A DNA stretch of 64,000 bases, from NCBI GenBank assembly GCA_009914755.4, contig CP086569.2, positions 2,656,001 to 2,720,000 on the forward strand, read 5' to 3'. The position numbers and the translations under genes are program-made. The notes beneath the pieces are model-generated. The model did no database searches. It was not told the DNA's origin and saw only the letters and a program-made list of their open reading frames with translations. The stretch comes from the human T2T-CHM13v2.0 reference genome, Homo sapiens. Position 1 is the first letter of the stretch, and each line of letters begins with the position of its first letter. Shown here piece after piece: positions 1 to 15,499 of the stretch.

Positions 1-1155
1 TTGACTGTCTATCCTTGCATGATTTGTGGGAAGAAGTTTAAGTCGAGGGGTTTTTTGAAAAGACACATGAAAAACCATCCTGAACACCTTGCCAAGAAGA
101 AGTACCACTGTACTGACTGTGATTACACTACCAATAAGAAGATAAGTTTACATAACCACCTGGAGAGCCACAAGCTGACCAGCAAGGCAGAGAAGGCCAT
201 TGAATGTGATGAGTGTGGGAAGCATTTTTCTCATGCAGGGGCTTTGTTTACTCACAAAATGGTGCATAAGGAAAAAGGGGCCAACAAAATGCACAAGTGT
301 AAATTCTGTGAATATGAGACAGCTGAACAGGGGTTATTGAATCGCCACCTCTTGGCAGTCCACAGCAAGAACTTTCCTCATATTTGTGTGGAGTGTGGTA
401 AAGGTTTCCGACACCCGTCGGAACTGAGAAAGCACATGCGAATCCATACCGGCGAGAAGCCATACCAATGCCAGTACTGTGAATATAGGTCTGCAGACTC
501 TTCTAACTTGAAAACACATATAAAAACAAAGCATAGTAAAGAGATGCCATTCAAGTGTGACATTTGTCTTCTGACTTTCTCAGATACCAAAGAAGTGCAG
601 CAACATACTCTTGTCCACCAAGAAAGCAAAACACATCAGTGTTTGCATTGCGACCACAAGAGTTCAAACTCAAGTGATTTGAAACGACATGTAATTTCAG
701 TTCATACGAAAGACTATCCTCATAAGTGTGAGATGTGCGAGAAAGGCTTTCACAGGCCTTCAGAACTTAAGAAACATGTGGCTGTCCACAAAGGTAAAAA
801 AATGCACCAATGTAGACATTGTGACTTTAAGATTGCAGACCCATTTGTTCTAAGTCGCCATATTCTCTCAGTTCACACAAAGGATCTTCCATTTAGGTGT
901 AAGAGATGTAGAAAGGGATTTAGGCAACAAAATGAGCTTAAAAAGCATATGAAGACACACAGTGGCAGGAAAGTATATCAGTGTGAGTACTGTGAGTATA
1001 GCACTACAGATGCCTCAGGCTTTAAACGGCACGTTATTTCCATTCATACAAAAGACTATCCTCATCGGTGTGAGTACTGCAAGAAAGGCTTCCGAAGACC
1101 TTCAGAAAAGAACCAGCACATAATGAGACACCATAAAGAAGTTGGTCTGCCCTAA
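1..1155 (+). CDS. ZFY: 3' part of the terminal exon of a ZFX/ZFY-family zinc-finger protein, truncated at the window start. It shows 13 tandem C2H2 fingers and the C-terminus ...[16 protein letters not shown] (stop codon at 1153-1155). The apparent 'M' from ttg at position 1 is an artefact; the exon continues upstream.
   Basis: Frame-1 ORF of 384 aa carries the C-x2-C-x12-H-x3/4-H periodicity throughout. The alternating two-finger repeat and the HKEVGLP terminus are characteristic of ZFX/ZFY. Residues [29 protein letters not shown] and RQQNELKKH match my recollection of ZFY rather than ZFX (HALIHQE, RHIISVH, CDMCDKGF, HVAAHKG, RQQSELKKH). Confidence in the ZnF ZFX/ZFY call is high. Confidence in the Y-versus-X assignment is about 0.55. 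Confidence 0.85.
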   Translation: MTVYPCMICGKKFKSRGFLKRHMKNHPEHLAKKKYHCTDCDYTTNKKISLHNHLESHKLTSKAEKAIECDECGKHFSHAGALFTHKMVHKEKGANKMHKCKFCEYETAEQGLLNRHLLAVHSKNFPHICVECGKGFRHPSELRKHMRIHTGEKPYQCQYCEYRSADSSNLKTHIKTKHSKEMPFKCDICLLTFSDTKEVQQHTLVHQESKTHQCLHCDHKSSNSSDLKRHVISVHTKDYPHKCEMCEKGFHRPSELKKHVAVHKGKKMHQCRHCDFKIADPFVLSRHILSVHTKDLPFRCKRCRKGFRQQNELKKHMKTHSGRKVYQCEYCEYSTTDASGFKRHVISIHTKDYPHRCEYCKKGFRRPSEKNQHIMRHHKEVGLP

Positions 1156-3960
1156 CAGTGTGTCTACAAGCTTGTAAAGATGTTGGCCTTGAAGCAGAAA
1201 ATTCATTTTTTAAAGCCAGTCTTGTTCACATCCATTACTATACATTGAATTATGCTGTGTAAAAATAGAATTATTGCTTCTAGTCCACTTTTCTTTACAT
1301 TTTATTCAATACGCTGTCCTGAATCCTATTCAGTTTCTTTAATAGATGAGGAAAAATAGCAACAAGCAAGTTGCTTATAATAAAATAATTTGTGATTCTA
1401 TACTGAATTTTCAGTCATAAAAGCTTTACTATTTATTTACATATTTATTCATGTTCATGGTACTCTTCTAAGACAAAATCAGATTGATAACTATGAAAGT
1501 AACATTTTTGACCCATTTCCTCCTACACAAGTGTTTCACATTGGAGACATCTGCTAATATAAATGGGAGGTTTTACTGTCAAGTCCAATTAGCAAAACGT
1601 GGTAATAATTTTTTTGTCAGTATTTTCAGATTACATGATAAAATTTTACATTTGAGCTTCTAGCATTGATTAATATAGGATATTGACCACGTTTATGTTT
1701 AAATTTCATTTTGTTCAGCAGACAAAATGTACTTCCCTTAACTTTCATTAATAGTGTTTACATCTTTTGTCAGCACAGCAAACTTTTAGAAAGTAATAGT
1801 TTTACTTATTTTTATCTTCTGTTTTCTCTTTGTACTGCTTTGTCTTGCATTGTGTTCCAACACATGAGACTTACTGCTCACTGAATTTTGGAGTCTTTTA
1901 GAGGTAAATTGTGGACTCAGGATTTTTTGAAACTTGGTGTGTAACTCTAAATCTTGTATATGCATCTTTGTTGCTTATTACATATTTACACACACAACCA
2001 CAAATTTTAAACTTATGATGAAAATTTACAATAACCTGAAAGATCCAGAGATGTATGAGAGCATTTTGTAACTTGTTATTCAGTTACTAAATTTGAGGTG
2101 AATAATTAAAAAGAAAAGGACATTAGGAGAGTGAAAATCTTCTCTTCAAATAATCTTTGATAGATAAAAATGGAAGGTAAGATGTTTCTAGATAGAATGT
2201 TTTCATACAATTTCAGCTTCATATCATAAATTTTTCTGGAAAGCTATTTCAGACATAGATTTCATAGTATTTTTCTGAGAATCCTGTGAAGGAACGCTGT
2301 CTCTTTGCAAAGTAAGGAGGACTAAGGGAAAATGATGGTACCATGTAACAGAATGAGAGCTAATTCCAAATTAGCAACTTCATCCTGCTTTCTATTTTAC
2401 ATTGAGTAAAGTTTTAAAAAGACAACAGTCAAGTTGATTTTGATTAGAAGATAAAAGTACATAATGAAAATCCATGGCCTTATTTGGAATATATATCACT
2501 TTCCAAATTTTATTATTTATTTGAGAGTTAATAAGTTAATGTTATTAAGCAGTTAATAATTTATATGTATGGATATAATATAAAATGAATTCATATAATT
2601 AAAAAGAATTTGGTTAATAAGAATTTGGAGAATGGAAAATACATTTTTAGGTTCCTTAATTTGGCTGTTGGTACCTGTGTATTTGGAATATTTTAGGGGA
2701 TTCGAATTTTTTTTAACCCACATTACAGCTACCTTCTAGCTTTAGTATGGTAGTGCTTCATTCAACTTTTGCTGTCAGGTTTTTATTTTCACCTTTTTCT
2801 GTGCCACCAATTCAAAAGTTATAGGATTAGGAAATATAAATTTATATTTGGTGATTGGCAGCCTCTGAAATGTTAGATTAATTTGATCTAGTTCTAAAGT
2901 GCTTTAGTCATATATGAATTTAAACCTAGTACCATCCAAAACCATGTAATGGATTTTAAGAATCTGTTAGGCCTTCTTAGCCTTTATACATGTCCCTACC
3001 TGATTTTTACTGTCCTTCATGATCCTGTTCTTGAAAACTTCAGTTTGTATTTGAGAATCCTTTAAATCTCCTTCCAATTTGTTTTCTCCCTGAAGTAATA
3101 TAAAAGGAAGTATTTAAGTGAAAGTTTAAGAGTTTTAAAACATTCTTTAAAATTAATACAGATAGTTAGCTATTTATCTTTTAAAAATAAACTAAGGTAA
3201 AAAACGTGACACTTTACATATTTCATATTTTTCATATAGTCTGGAGGTATACACAGTTGTTTTGTTTTTAACCACGGTATTGAAACCTTTAAAAGGTAAT
3301 TAAGCATTTGGTCAAGTAAATATAGAACATTTGTATAAAGAAAGAAATGAAATTGTGCTTAATGTTATATACTGTTATTATTTGCAGGCTGGTTTTAATT
3401 CTTAATTTGATTAGCAAAGCTAAAAAAGTGGATGTTGAAGTTGAAAGTTTTAAAGAGGTACAAAATCTTACAAGGACATAAATTATTATTTGGTTGAAAA
3501 ATAGCCTATTAGATATTGTATGTCCCTTCCTCTGTACAAATTGTAAAATACTTAAAATAACTATGAAGAATTCATATAGGAAGTGTGATACTATTGTAAA
3601 TGTGTATTTGAGAATATGCAAAAATAAAAATAATATTTTACTGTTAATAAATGTTTACTTGTATATGATACCAATACTAAGTTAACTCTTTCTTTAAAAC
3701 ACGCAGTTTTAAGTCTTAATAAACATAAAACATAGTGGACTATTTTTATTTCCCCACTTAGTTCATTCTGTACATCAGTGGAATACAAAATGCTTTTTAT
3801 GTAAATATTGGTAACCTTATGAATTTACAAGTAGTATTTCAGAGTACTTGCGCTAGTTGATGAGGCCTTTGCTTAATGTGTTCTTGAAAGTCAATTTTTT
3901 GTTTTATCTTAATGAAAGATGGTTTGGTTAGCATCTGCACTTGCTGAAATAAATTTTCCT
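1156..3960 (+). other. Presumed 3' UTR and immediate downstream region of ZFX/ZFY. It is AT-rich, non-repetitive and has no long ORFs.
   Basis: Follows the stop codon directly. No Alu or L1 signatures occur before ~3970. Candidate AATAAA hexamers are at 1379-1384, ~3646-3651 and ~3718-3723. The true polyadenylation sites cannot be determined from sequence alone. Confidence 0.4.
1379..1384 (+). promoter_or_regulatory. Candidate polyadenylation signal (AATAAA), the first one downstream of the stop codon
   Basis: Exact AATAAA hexamer about 225 nt after the stop codon. ZFX/ZFY are known to use alternative, more distal poly(A) sites, so this may be a minor or unused site. Confidence 0.2.
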
Positions 3961-3969
3961 TGCATAAAG

Positions 3970-4300
<331 letters not shown>

Positions 4301-5434
4301 TAAGTGGTTTTTGAGGGCACTAAGTCCATAGCAGAAGAACCTGCACTAGTTACACATTTGTGTGTCACCTCTTTGTATTCAGTTTGGAGATCTTTAGTGC
4401 ACACATAATACTGTGGGATGGGTATTATGACAAAAATTAGAAGCTTGGTAGAAGTTAACCAGGAGTCAAACAGATTACAACAAAGAAGACTGAGACTCAT
4501 AAATTTTTGTAGAGGTAAAATTCACATGATAAAAGTCACTATCTTAAAATGTGTTAAGTGGCATTTAGCACATTCATATGTTACATTTCCATCACCTCTC
4601 TTTAGTTGCAAAACACCTTTTGTAAAGATTCTGCAGTTCTTCAACTCTAGGAATGTGTTTGTCTAATTGTTCAAACAGTAAATAATTAAAGCCATTAAAA
4701 TGTTAAAAAAATATGGTGAATGTCACTGGCCAGAGTTGTAAGCCAGATAAGATCATGAATAACTTAGTTGTCTTAGAAAATCTAAATAAACATACCCAAT
4801 CAGGCCTGTGATTTCATCTAAGATAATTTACTGACTGGTTTTCTGGCAATGTCAATGTCAATTTGATTTTTTTTTAAATTTTTATTATTTTTTAACTTCT
4901 CAGGAATTCTAGGGTTTTTGTAAAGAAAAGCGTTAAGCATTATGACCAATATCTTAAAGGTATGATATTTCGGAGCACTGGTTTTTGAGGCTGGGCCAGG
5001 TCAGCATCAGCATTACTTGAATCTTGTTAGATATATAAAATCTTGGGCTCATCCTAGACCTACTACATAAAAAAATTGTGCATAGGCACCAGCAGTCAGT
5101 TGGTTTCATTGTGAAAAAAAAAAATACAATTTCCCATTTAAACCATTTTAAGTGTATATGATTAGTAGTACTAAGAATATTTACATTGTTGTGAATGTTT
5201 CTTAACTTTCATATTTGAAACTCAACGTCCGTTAAACAACTTTCCTTTCTCCACTGATGCCCAGGCCCTGGTAATGTTTCTATGAATTTGACTACTTTAT
5301 TAGAATCATACAGCATTTTTTTTGTGACTGGCTTATTTCACTTAGCAGCCTTGCCTCCTTAATTTTAGAGAAAAGTTTTCAGCCTTTCACCATCAAATAA
5401 GGTGTTACCTGTGGGCTTTTAAAAATAATTGCTG

Positions 5435-5717
5435 GCTGGGAGTGGTGGCTCACACCTGTAATCCCAGCACTTTGGGAGGCTGAGGCGGGTAGATCACCTG
5501 AGGTCAGCAGTTCGAAACCAGCCTGGCCAACATGGTGAAAACCCGTCTCTACTAAAAATACAAAAACAACTGGGTGTGGTGGCAGGTGCTTGTAACTCCA
5601 GCTAGTCGGGAGGCCGAGGCAGAAGAATTGCTTGAACCCAGGGAGCAGAGGTTGCAGTGAGCCAAGATTGTGCCACTTCCCTCCAGCCTGGGTGAAAGAG
5701 GGAGACTCCGTCTCAAG
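5435..5717 (+). mobile_element. Alu SINE
   Basis: ggctgggagtggtggctcacacctgtaatcccagcactttgggaggctgaggcgggtagatcacctgaggtcag... Confidence 0.9.
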
Positions 5718-5730
5718 AATAAGTAAAATT

Positions 5731-6052
5731 GCCCCGGGTAGTCATGGTGGCTCATACCTATAATCCTAGCACTCTTAAGAGGCTGAGACAGGTGGTTGGC
5801 TTGAAGTCAGGAATTTGAGACTAGCCTGCCCAACATAATGAAACTATGTCTCTACTAAAAATACAAAAATTAGCTGGGCGTTCTGGCACATGTCTGTAAA
5901 TCCCAGCTGCTCAAGAGGCTGAAGCATGAGAATGACTTGAACCTGGGAGGAGGAGGTTTGCAGTAAGGTGAGGTCGCACCGCTGCACTCCAGCCTGGGTG
6001 ACAGAGCAAGACTCCATCTCAAAATAAATAAATAAATAAATAAATAAAAATA
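5731..6052 (+). mobile_element. Alu SINE with an (AAAT)n tail
   Basis: gccccgggtagtcatggtggctcatacctataatcctagcac... ending in gactccatctcaaaataaataaataaataaataaa. Confidence 0.9.
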
Positions 6053-6255
6053 ATTGCCATCATTATGTTGAGGGTTCTCCCTTCTTCCCTAAGTGTATTT
6101 TATAATGAAAAGGTGTGGAATCTTGTCACATGCTTTTTTTATGTAAATTGAAATTAGCCTTTGTCCTTTATTTTTGTTAACATGATGTATTAAAAGGTTT
6201 TGCTGAACCATTCTTAAAATCCAGTGAAATCTTACTGGTAATGGTATATAATTGT

Positions 6256-6887
<632 letters not shown>

Positions 6888-7009
6888 TATAATCCTTATA
6901 ATGTGCTGTTAAATTCAACCTGCTTGTATTTTACTGAGAAGTTTTGCATAGATTTTTGTTAGTGATACTGGTCTGTGATTTTCTTTTTGTCTTTATGTGT
7001 TTAAAAAAA

Positions 7010-7293
7010 ATTTTTTTTTGGACACAGGGTCTTGCTCTGTTGCCCAGGCTGTAGTGCAGTGGTGTGATTGCAGCTGACTGTAACCTTGAACCCCTGGGTT
7101 CAACTATCCTGCCATCTGAATAGCTAGGACTGCCAGTGCTCACTATCATGCCTAACTAACTTTTTACAATTTTTTTGTAGAGACAGGGTTTCCCTAAGTT
7201 GCCCAGACTTGTCACAAACTTCTGGACTCAAGCAATCCCCATCTTAATCTCCCAAGATGCTGAGAATATAGGCATAAGCCACCATACCTAGCC
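7010..7293 (-). mobile_element. Alu SINE, older and divergent (AluJ-like)
   Basis: ggacacagggtcttgctctgttgcccaggctgtagtgcagtggtgtgattgcagc... ending in gcataagccaccatacctagcc; about 15-20% diverged from the consensus. Confidence 0.8.
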
Positions 7294-7839
7294 TTGTTTA
7301 TGTCTTTATCTGGTTTTGATAGCAATGTAATACTGGCATCTTTATATGAATTTCAGAGTGCTTCCTCCTTTAGGATTATTGTTAATTTCTTTTTATTTTT
7401 TAAAAAATTCATTTTTATCTTAGATTCAGGTGTATTTGTACAGGTTTGCTATAAGGGTGTATGTGTAGTGTTGAGGTTTGGGCTTCTACTGATCCCATCA
7501 GCCACAAAGTGAAGATAGTACCCAATAGGAAGTTTCTCAGCCCTTGCCCCACTCCTTTACTCCCTTCTTTTGGAGACCTCAGTATGTGTTGCTTCTATCT
7601 TTATGGTCATATTAACCTATGATTTAGTTCCCACTATAAGTCGGAACATGTGACATTTGGTTTTCTGTTTCTGCATTAGTTTCCTTATGATAATGGCCTC
7701 TAGCTGCAACCATGTTGCCACAAGGACATGATTTCATTCTTTATTGTGGCTGCATAAAATTATTTTTAAATGTTTGATAGAATTCTCCAGTGAAGCCATC
7801 TCACTGTGGGCTGTTCTTTGTTCAGATTTTTATTTCTGA

Positions 7840-8223
<384 letters not shown>

Positions 8224-8426
8224 TGATTTATCCAATTCCTTGGTGTAATTTCTATTCATTGTATTCTCTTTACTCCTTTTCATTTCTGTGGCATCACTTG
8301 AATTACCCTTCTTTCATTTGTAACTTCAGTTATTTGAGTCTTTTTCTTAATGTAGGCAAAATTTGCCAATGTTATTCATCTTTTCAAAAAATGAATTCAG
8401 TTTTGTTGATTTTTCTACGGTTAAGC

Positions 8427-8742
8427 TTTTTTTTTTTTTTTTAAATGGAGTCTCGCTCTGTCAACCAGGCTGGAGTGCAGTGGTGTGATCTTGGCTCACT
8501 GCAAGCTCTGCCTCCTAAGTTCACACCATTCTCCTGCCTAAACCTCTCCAGTAGGGGGACTACAGGTGCCCGCCACCACGCTGGCTAATTTTTTTTTTTT
8601 TTTTGTATTTTTAAAATATTTTTAGTAGAGACAGGGTTTCACCATGTTAGCCAGGATTGTCTCGATCTCCTGACCTCATGATCCGCCTGCCTCGGCCTCC
8701 CAAAGTGCTGAGATTACAGGCATGAGCCATCGCACCCAGTCC
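8427..8742 (-). mobile_element. Alu SINE
   Basis: poly-T then aatggagtctcgctctgtcaaccaggctggagtgcagtggtgtgatcttggctcactgcaagctctgcc... ending in gagccatcgcacccagtcc. Confidence 0.9.
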
Positions 8743-8744
8743 CT

Positions 8745-9560
8745 TATTTTTAAATAATGTATAAGAGTTATACATATTTTGGAGTACATGTGATATTGTT
8801 TGTACATATTTTGGAGTACATGTGATATTGTTAGGTAGTTGGTTTGAGGTCTTTCTTCTTTTCTGATAGATGTATTTACAGCTGTAAATTTACCTCTCTG
8901 CAACTACTTTGATTGTATCTCATGTTGTGTGTCCCAGATATTGTGCTTTCATTTTAGTGTGTGTCAAGGTAATTTTTCTTGTAACTTCTTTAGCTTCATT
9001 GGTTGTGTGGTTTTGTTTTTGACACTGGCTTTTGCTCTGTTGTCTAGGCTGGCCTTCAGCTCCAGGGCTTGAGAACTCTTACTTCCAACTCAGCCTCCCA
9101 AGTAGCTGGGACTACAAGTGAGTGCTATTGTGCCAGGCTTTCCATTGGTTAACAGTTTGTTGCTTGGTTTCCACACATTTGTGAATTTTCCAGTTTTCCC
9201 ATTGCTCTTGATTTTTAGTGCATCATATTGTGCTCAGAAAACACACTTTGTATAATTTGCTTTTAAAATTTGTTAAACTTGTTTTGTGACCAAATATATG
9301 GTCTATTCTAGAGAATGTTCAATGTGCACTTTAGAATACTGTATATTCTGCTGTGGTTGTGTGGCATGTTCTCTATATATCTGGTATGTCCAATTGGTGT
9401 ACAGCATTTTACCAGTCCTGTTTCCCCATTGATTTTCTATTTGATTTTTCTACCCATTATTGAAAGTGGTCTAATGATGCCTCCTATATTATTGTCTTTG
9501 TTTCTTGTTTTTATTTCTGTCAACATTTGTATCACATAGTTAAGAGCTCTGATATTTAGT
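8745..9560 (-). mobile_element. Old L1 fragment in minus orientation (ORF2-derived region). It carries a short antisense Alu-like piece at ~9015-9135.
   Basis: Weak but recognisable similarity to the reverse complement of the L1 ORF2 C-terminal region. It lies upstream of the 3' end of the next L1 and is therefore a separate element. Confidence 0.45.
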
Positions 9561-9873
9561 GCAGATATATTTATAATTGTTATATCTTCTTTTAATTTTT
9601 ATTTTAAGTTCATGTGCAGGTTTATCACATAGGTACACTTGTTTCATGGGGGGTTTGTTGTACAGATTATTTCATCACCCAGGCATTAAGTTGAGTACCT
9701 ATTACTTGTTTTTCCTGATCCTTTCCCCGCTCCCATCCTCCATCGCTCTGATAGGCCCCAGTATGTATTGTTCTCCTCTATGTGCCCATGTGCTCTCATC
9801 ATTTAGCTCCCACTTATAAGTGAGGACATGCAGTATTTAGTTTTCTGTTCCTATATTAGTTAGCTAAGTATGA

Positions 9874-10207
<334 letters not shown>

Positions 10208-10711
10208 TGATCCTGTTCTTTTTATATGGCTGCATAGTATTCCATGGTGTATATGTACCACATTTTCTTTATTCAGTCTACTATTGGTGGACATTTAGGT
10301 TGATTCCATGTGTTTGCTCTTGTGAAAAGTGCTGCAATGAACATACACATGCATGTGTCTTTATGATAGAAGGATTTATAATTCTTTGGGTATATACCCA
10401 GTAATGAGATTGCTGGGTTGAATGGTAGTTCTACTTTTCCTTTTATGAGGAATCACCACACTGTTTTCCACAATGGCTGACTTAATTTACACTCACACCA
10501 ACAGTGTATGGGCCTGTCATTTTCTCCACAACCTTCCCAACATCTGTTGACTTCTTAATCATAGCCATTCTGACTGGTGTGACTGGTTTCTCACTGTGGT
10601 TTTGATTTGCATTTCTCTAATGATTAGTGATGTTGAGCTTTTTCTCACATGTTTGTTGGCTGAATGTATGTCTTCTTTAGAAAAACATCTGTTCATGTCC
10701 TTTGCTTATTT

Positions 10712-11046
<335 letters not shown>

Positions 11047-11538
11047 TAAGTTCCTTATAGAGCTGGATATTACACCTTTGTCAGATATATAGTTTGCAAA
11101 AATTTTCTCCCATTCTGTAGGTTGTCTGTTTACTTAATTGACAGTTTCTTTTGCCGTGAAGAAACTATTTAATTAGATCCCATTTGTCAATTTTTGGTTT
11201 TGCTGCATTTGCTTTTGATGTCTTTTTCATGAAATCTTTGCCCATTCCTATGTCCAGAATGGTATTGCCTAGGCTGTCTTCCAGGGTTTTTACAGTTTTG
11301 GGTTTTATATGTAAACCTTTAATTCATCTTGACTTGAGTTTTGTGTATGGTGTAAAGAAAGAGTTTCCATCTGTATGGCTAATCAGTTGTCCCAGCACCA
11401 TTTATTGAATAGGGAGTACTTTTCCCATTCCTTGTTTTTGTCAGCTTTGTTGAAGATGAGATAGTTGTAGGTGTGTGGCCTTATTTCTGGGATATCTGTT
11501 CTGCTCCATTGATCTATGTGTCTGTTTTTATAGAATTA

Positions 11539-11637
<99 letters not shown>

Positions 11638-13107
11638 TCAGGCTCTCTTGTGGTTTCATATGAGTTTTAAAATATTTTTTTCAAGTCTGTGAAGAATGTC
11701 ATTGGTAGTTTGATAGGAATAGCATTGAATCTATAAATTGCTTTGGACATTATGGCCATTTTAACAATATTCATCTTTATCCATGAGCATGGATTGTTCT
11801 TCCATTTATGTAATCTCTGATTTCTTTGAGCACTGGTTTGTAGTTATCCTTGTAGAGATCTTTCACCTCCATGATTAGCTGTATTCCTAGGTATTTCATT
11901 CTTTTCATGGCAGTTGTGAATGGAATCATGTTCCTGATTTGGATGTTGGCCTGACTGTTGTTGGTGTATAGGAATGCTAGCAGTTTCTATATGTTGACCC
12001 TGTATCCTAAGATTTTGCTGAAGCTGTTTATCAGCTTTTGGGCCAAGACTATGAGGTTTTCTAGATTTAGGATTATGTTGTCTGCAAACAGGGATAGTTT
12101 GACTTCCTCTCTTTCTATCTGGAGTCCCTTTATTTCTTTCTCTTGCCCGACTGCCCTGGCCAGAACTTCCAATACTATGTTGAATAAGAGTGATGAGAGA
12201 GAGCCTCCTTGTCTTGTGCCAGTTTTCAAGAGAAATGCCTTCAGCTTTTGTCCATTCAGTATGACGTTGGCTGTGGGTTAGTCATAGATGGCTCTTGTTA
12301 TTTTGGGTTGTGTTTCTTTAATACCTAGTTTATTAGGAGCTTTTATCGTGAAGCAGTGTTGAATTTTATAGCAGCCTTTTCTGCATCTATTGAGATGATC
12401 TTGTAGTTTTGGTCTCTAGTTCTGTTTATGGGATAATTTACATTTTTTTATTTGTATTTGTTGAACCAAACTTGCATCCCAGAAGATAAACTCTACTTGA
12501 TTATAGTTGATTAATTAGCTTTTTTATCTAATGCTGGATTCAGTTTGCCAGTATTTTGTTAAGGATTTTTCCATTGACGTTCATCAAGGATATTAGCCTG
12601 AAATTTTTTTTGTTAGTTGTGTCTCTGCCAGGTTTTGGTATCAGGATGATGATGGCTTCATAGAATGAGCTAGGGAGGATTCCCTCTTCCTCAATTTTTT
12701 GGGACTAGTTTCAGCAGGAATGGTACCAGCTCTTTCTTACATCCACTAGAATTCAGCTGTGAATCCATCTTATCCTGGGCTTTTGTTTTGGTTGATGGTT
12801 ATTTATTACTGATTCAATTTTGAAATTTTAAAATATTTTCTTGTTGAATTGACCCTTTTATTATTATATAACATTTTTTGCCTCTTTGAATAGTTTTTTG
12901 CATGAAGTCTATTTTATCTGTTATTGTAGTCATTCCTGCTCTTTTTGGTTACTATTGCCTGAATTATCTTTTTTCATCATTTCACCTTCAGTATGTATGT
13001 CATTAGATCTAAGATAGATGACATATAGTTGGATTGTGTTTTCTTTTGTTGTTTTATAGCCAGTCATTAATAGTCTCCAATGTTACAATGTTATTTTCTT
13101 TCTTCTT

Positions 13108-13430
13108 CTTTTTTTTTTTTTTTTGAGACAGAGTCTCTCTTTCTTTTTTTTTTTTTTGAGATGGAGTCTTGCTCTATCACCCCACCTTGAGTGCAGTGGC
13201 ACAATCTCAGCTCACTGTAATGTCCTACTCCTGGGTTCAAGTGATTCTTGTGCCTCAGCCTCCTGAGGGGCTGGGATTACAGTTGTGTGCCACCACACCC
13301 AGCTAATTTTTATATTTTTAGTAGAGATTGGGTTTTGCTACTTTGGCCAGGCTAGTCTCCTGGCCTCAAATGATCCATCAGCCTCAACCTCCTAAAGTGC
13401 TAGGATTACAGGCCTGAGCCCCTGCACATG
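13108..13430 (-). mobile_element. Alu SINE nested in the L1, with a partially duplicated poly-T/5' stub
   Basis: ttttgagacagagtctctctttc then a full antisense Alu: ttgagatggagtcttgctctatcacccc... ending in gcctgagcccctgcacatgg. Confidence 0.85.
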
Positions 13431-14344
13431 GACACTCCAATGTTATTTTTAGATTTCAATCTATTTACATTTAAATTAGATTATAATAGGGGAAGGACTT
13501 ACTATTGCCATTTTGTTAATTATTTTCTGTTTAGCTTTTTTGTTCCTGCTTACGTCTTAGTGCCTTCCTTTGTGTTTAGTTTTTTTTTTTTTTTTTTGGT
13601 AGTGATTCCTTGCTAATTTCTTTTGTGTATATTCTGGATATATTATGTTTACAATATTATCATTGCAATTAAATATCTTAAAGTTTATAACATTCTATTT
13701 TAAATTGATATAACTTAACTTCAATCACATATATGTGCCTCTTTAGCTGTAACCTCCATACTTGGTTATGTTTATTCATTAGCATAAATTTATCCTTACT
13801 TTTTCTTTTTTTATTTAAGAATTATGTGGGAAACTTTTATTTTTTACTCATTTTTGAAGGATAGTTTGCCAGTACAGTTTATTTGGTTGGCAGTTTTAAA
13901 ATGTCAGCACTTTAAATGTATCATCACACTGCCTTCTGGCCTGCAATGTTTCTGTTGAGAAATTACTGATAATCTGATAACTCTTCTTGATTTTACTTGG
14001 CATGGGTGCTGTAGTTTCTCAGCTGATCTTGAGAGCTCTCATAAAGATATTCTGGTCTGCAGTTTATTCTTAACTTGGTGTCTCAGTGGTGGAATGAGGG
14101 CCTGGAGAGTTCTAGTATACCATCTTATGGACATCATTCTTTGCTGTTACTTGAGATTTTAGGCAGGCATAATTCATTTGCCAATATTTTTCCTACCAAT
14201 AAGCCCAGCGATCTGATTTAATAAGTCCTTAAAGTTAAGGACTTTATTCTGATGCACTCTCAAGTTTGTGAATCTTTGCTAAAGAGCGCTTGAAGGAAGT
14301 TACAAAATAATTATGCAACGTATTGTGTTTTATGTGAAAAATTA

Positions 14345-14735
<391 letters not shown>

Positions 14736-15194
14736 TCATATTCATACTTTTATGTAAGCTTTTTACAGGGCAAGTTTTCATTCAATAAGTATACTTTTTA
14801 ATGCACATGTAAATAATGTGCATTTCATAAATCTTGTATGGTCTCCCATGAGTTAAATTCTTCAAAGGTAAATAAAATTCAGAAGCAGAGTCAGCAAGCA
14901 AAACTCAAAAGGCTGGAAAAGATGTGGCGTGAGTAACTGCATGAGTATTTTGTTTTTTAAAATTAACTGCCCCAGGGGTAGTTAATGTAAATCATGTTAG
15001 AAATACAGTTTTTCCATACTCAGTAGCTATTAGGTAGTCAAAATTAAGTTGGCCTCATGGATTTTGTTTTATTATACATATATTTTTGCTCATAAAATTT
15101 TGTTTAATATATTATTCCTGTTTTGTTTTGATATCTGCTTTTATTTCTAAATAAATTTCTACCTTATTTTAAGGTACGTGTTTGAATATTGGTA

Positions 15195-15300
15195 GACAAC
15201 AGATGACATGACATGTATATATATGTTTCTGTGTATGTATGTCCATATATATATGTTTGGGGATTCATGTATTCATGCATGGATATACACAAGAAATACA
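15195..15300. repeat. Simple or low-complexity (TG/TA)n-rich repeat
   Basis: gacatgacatgtatatatatgtttctgtgtatgtatgtccatatatatatgtttgg... Confidence 0.7.
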
Positions 15301-15499
15301 TACAGACAAAAGCTGCTTAATCCCCAATATACTACCAGCTGGAAATGTTGCAGCTCTTTGAGTAGCTTGGCATTTCTGCTACCAGTGAAGTATTATCACT
15401 GTTGCCTGGAGGTATGACATCTATACCTACTCAGATTTTAAAACCATTTTTGTATCCTATGAGGTTGAAATACTTTGTAAATTATTGAAGTTTGAGGTC

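Noticed and set aside
1-3. Apparent start codon 'M' (ttg) at position 1 in the ORF track
   Set aside because: This is a window-edge artefact. The zinc-finger exon clearly continues upstream: ZFX/ZFY have an N-terminal acidic domain, and the fingers start well before this point.
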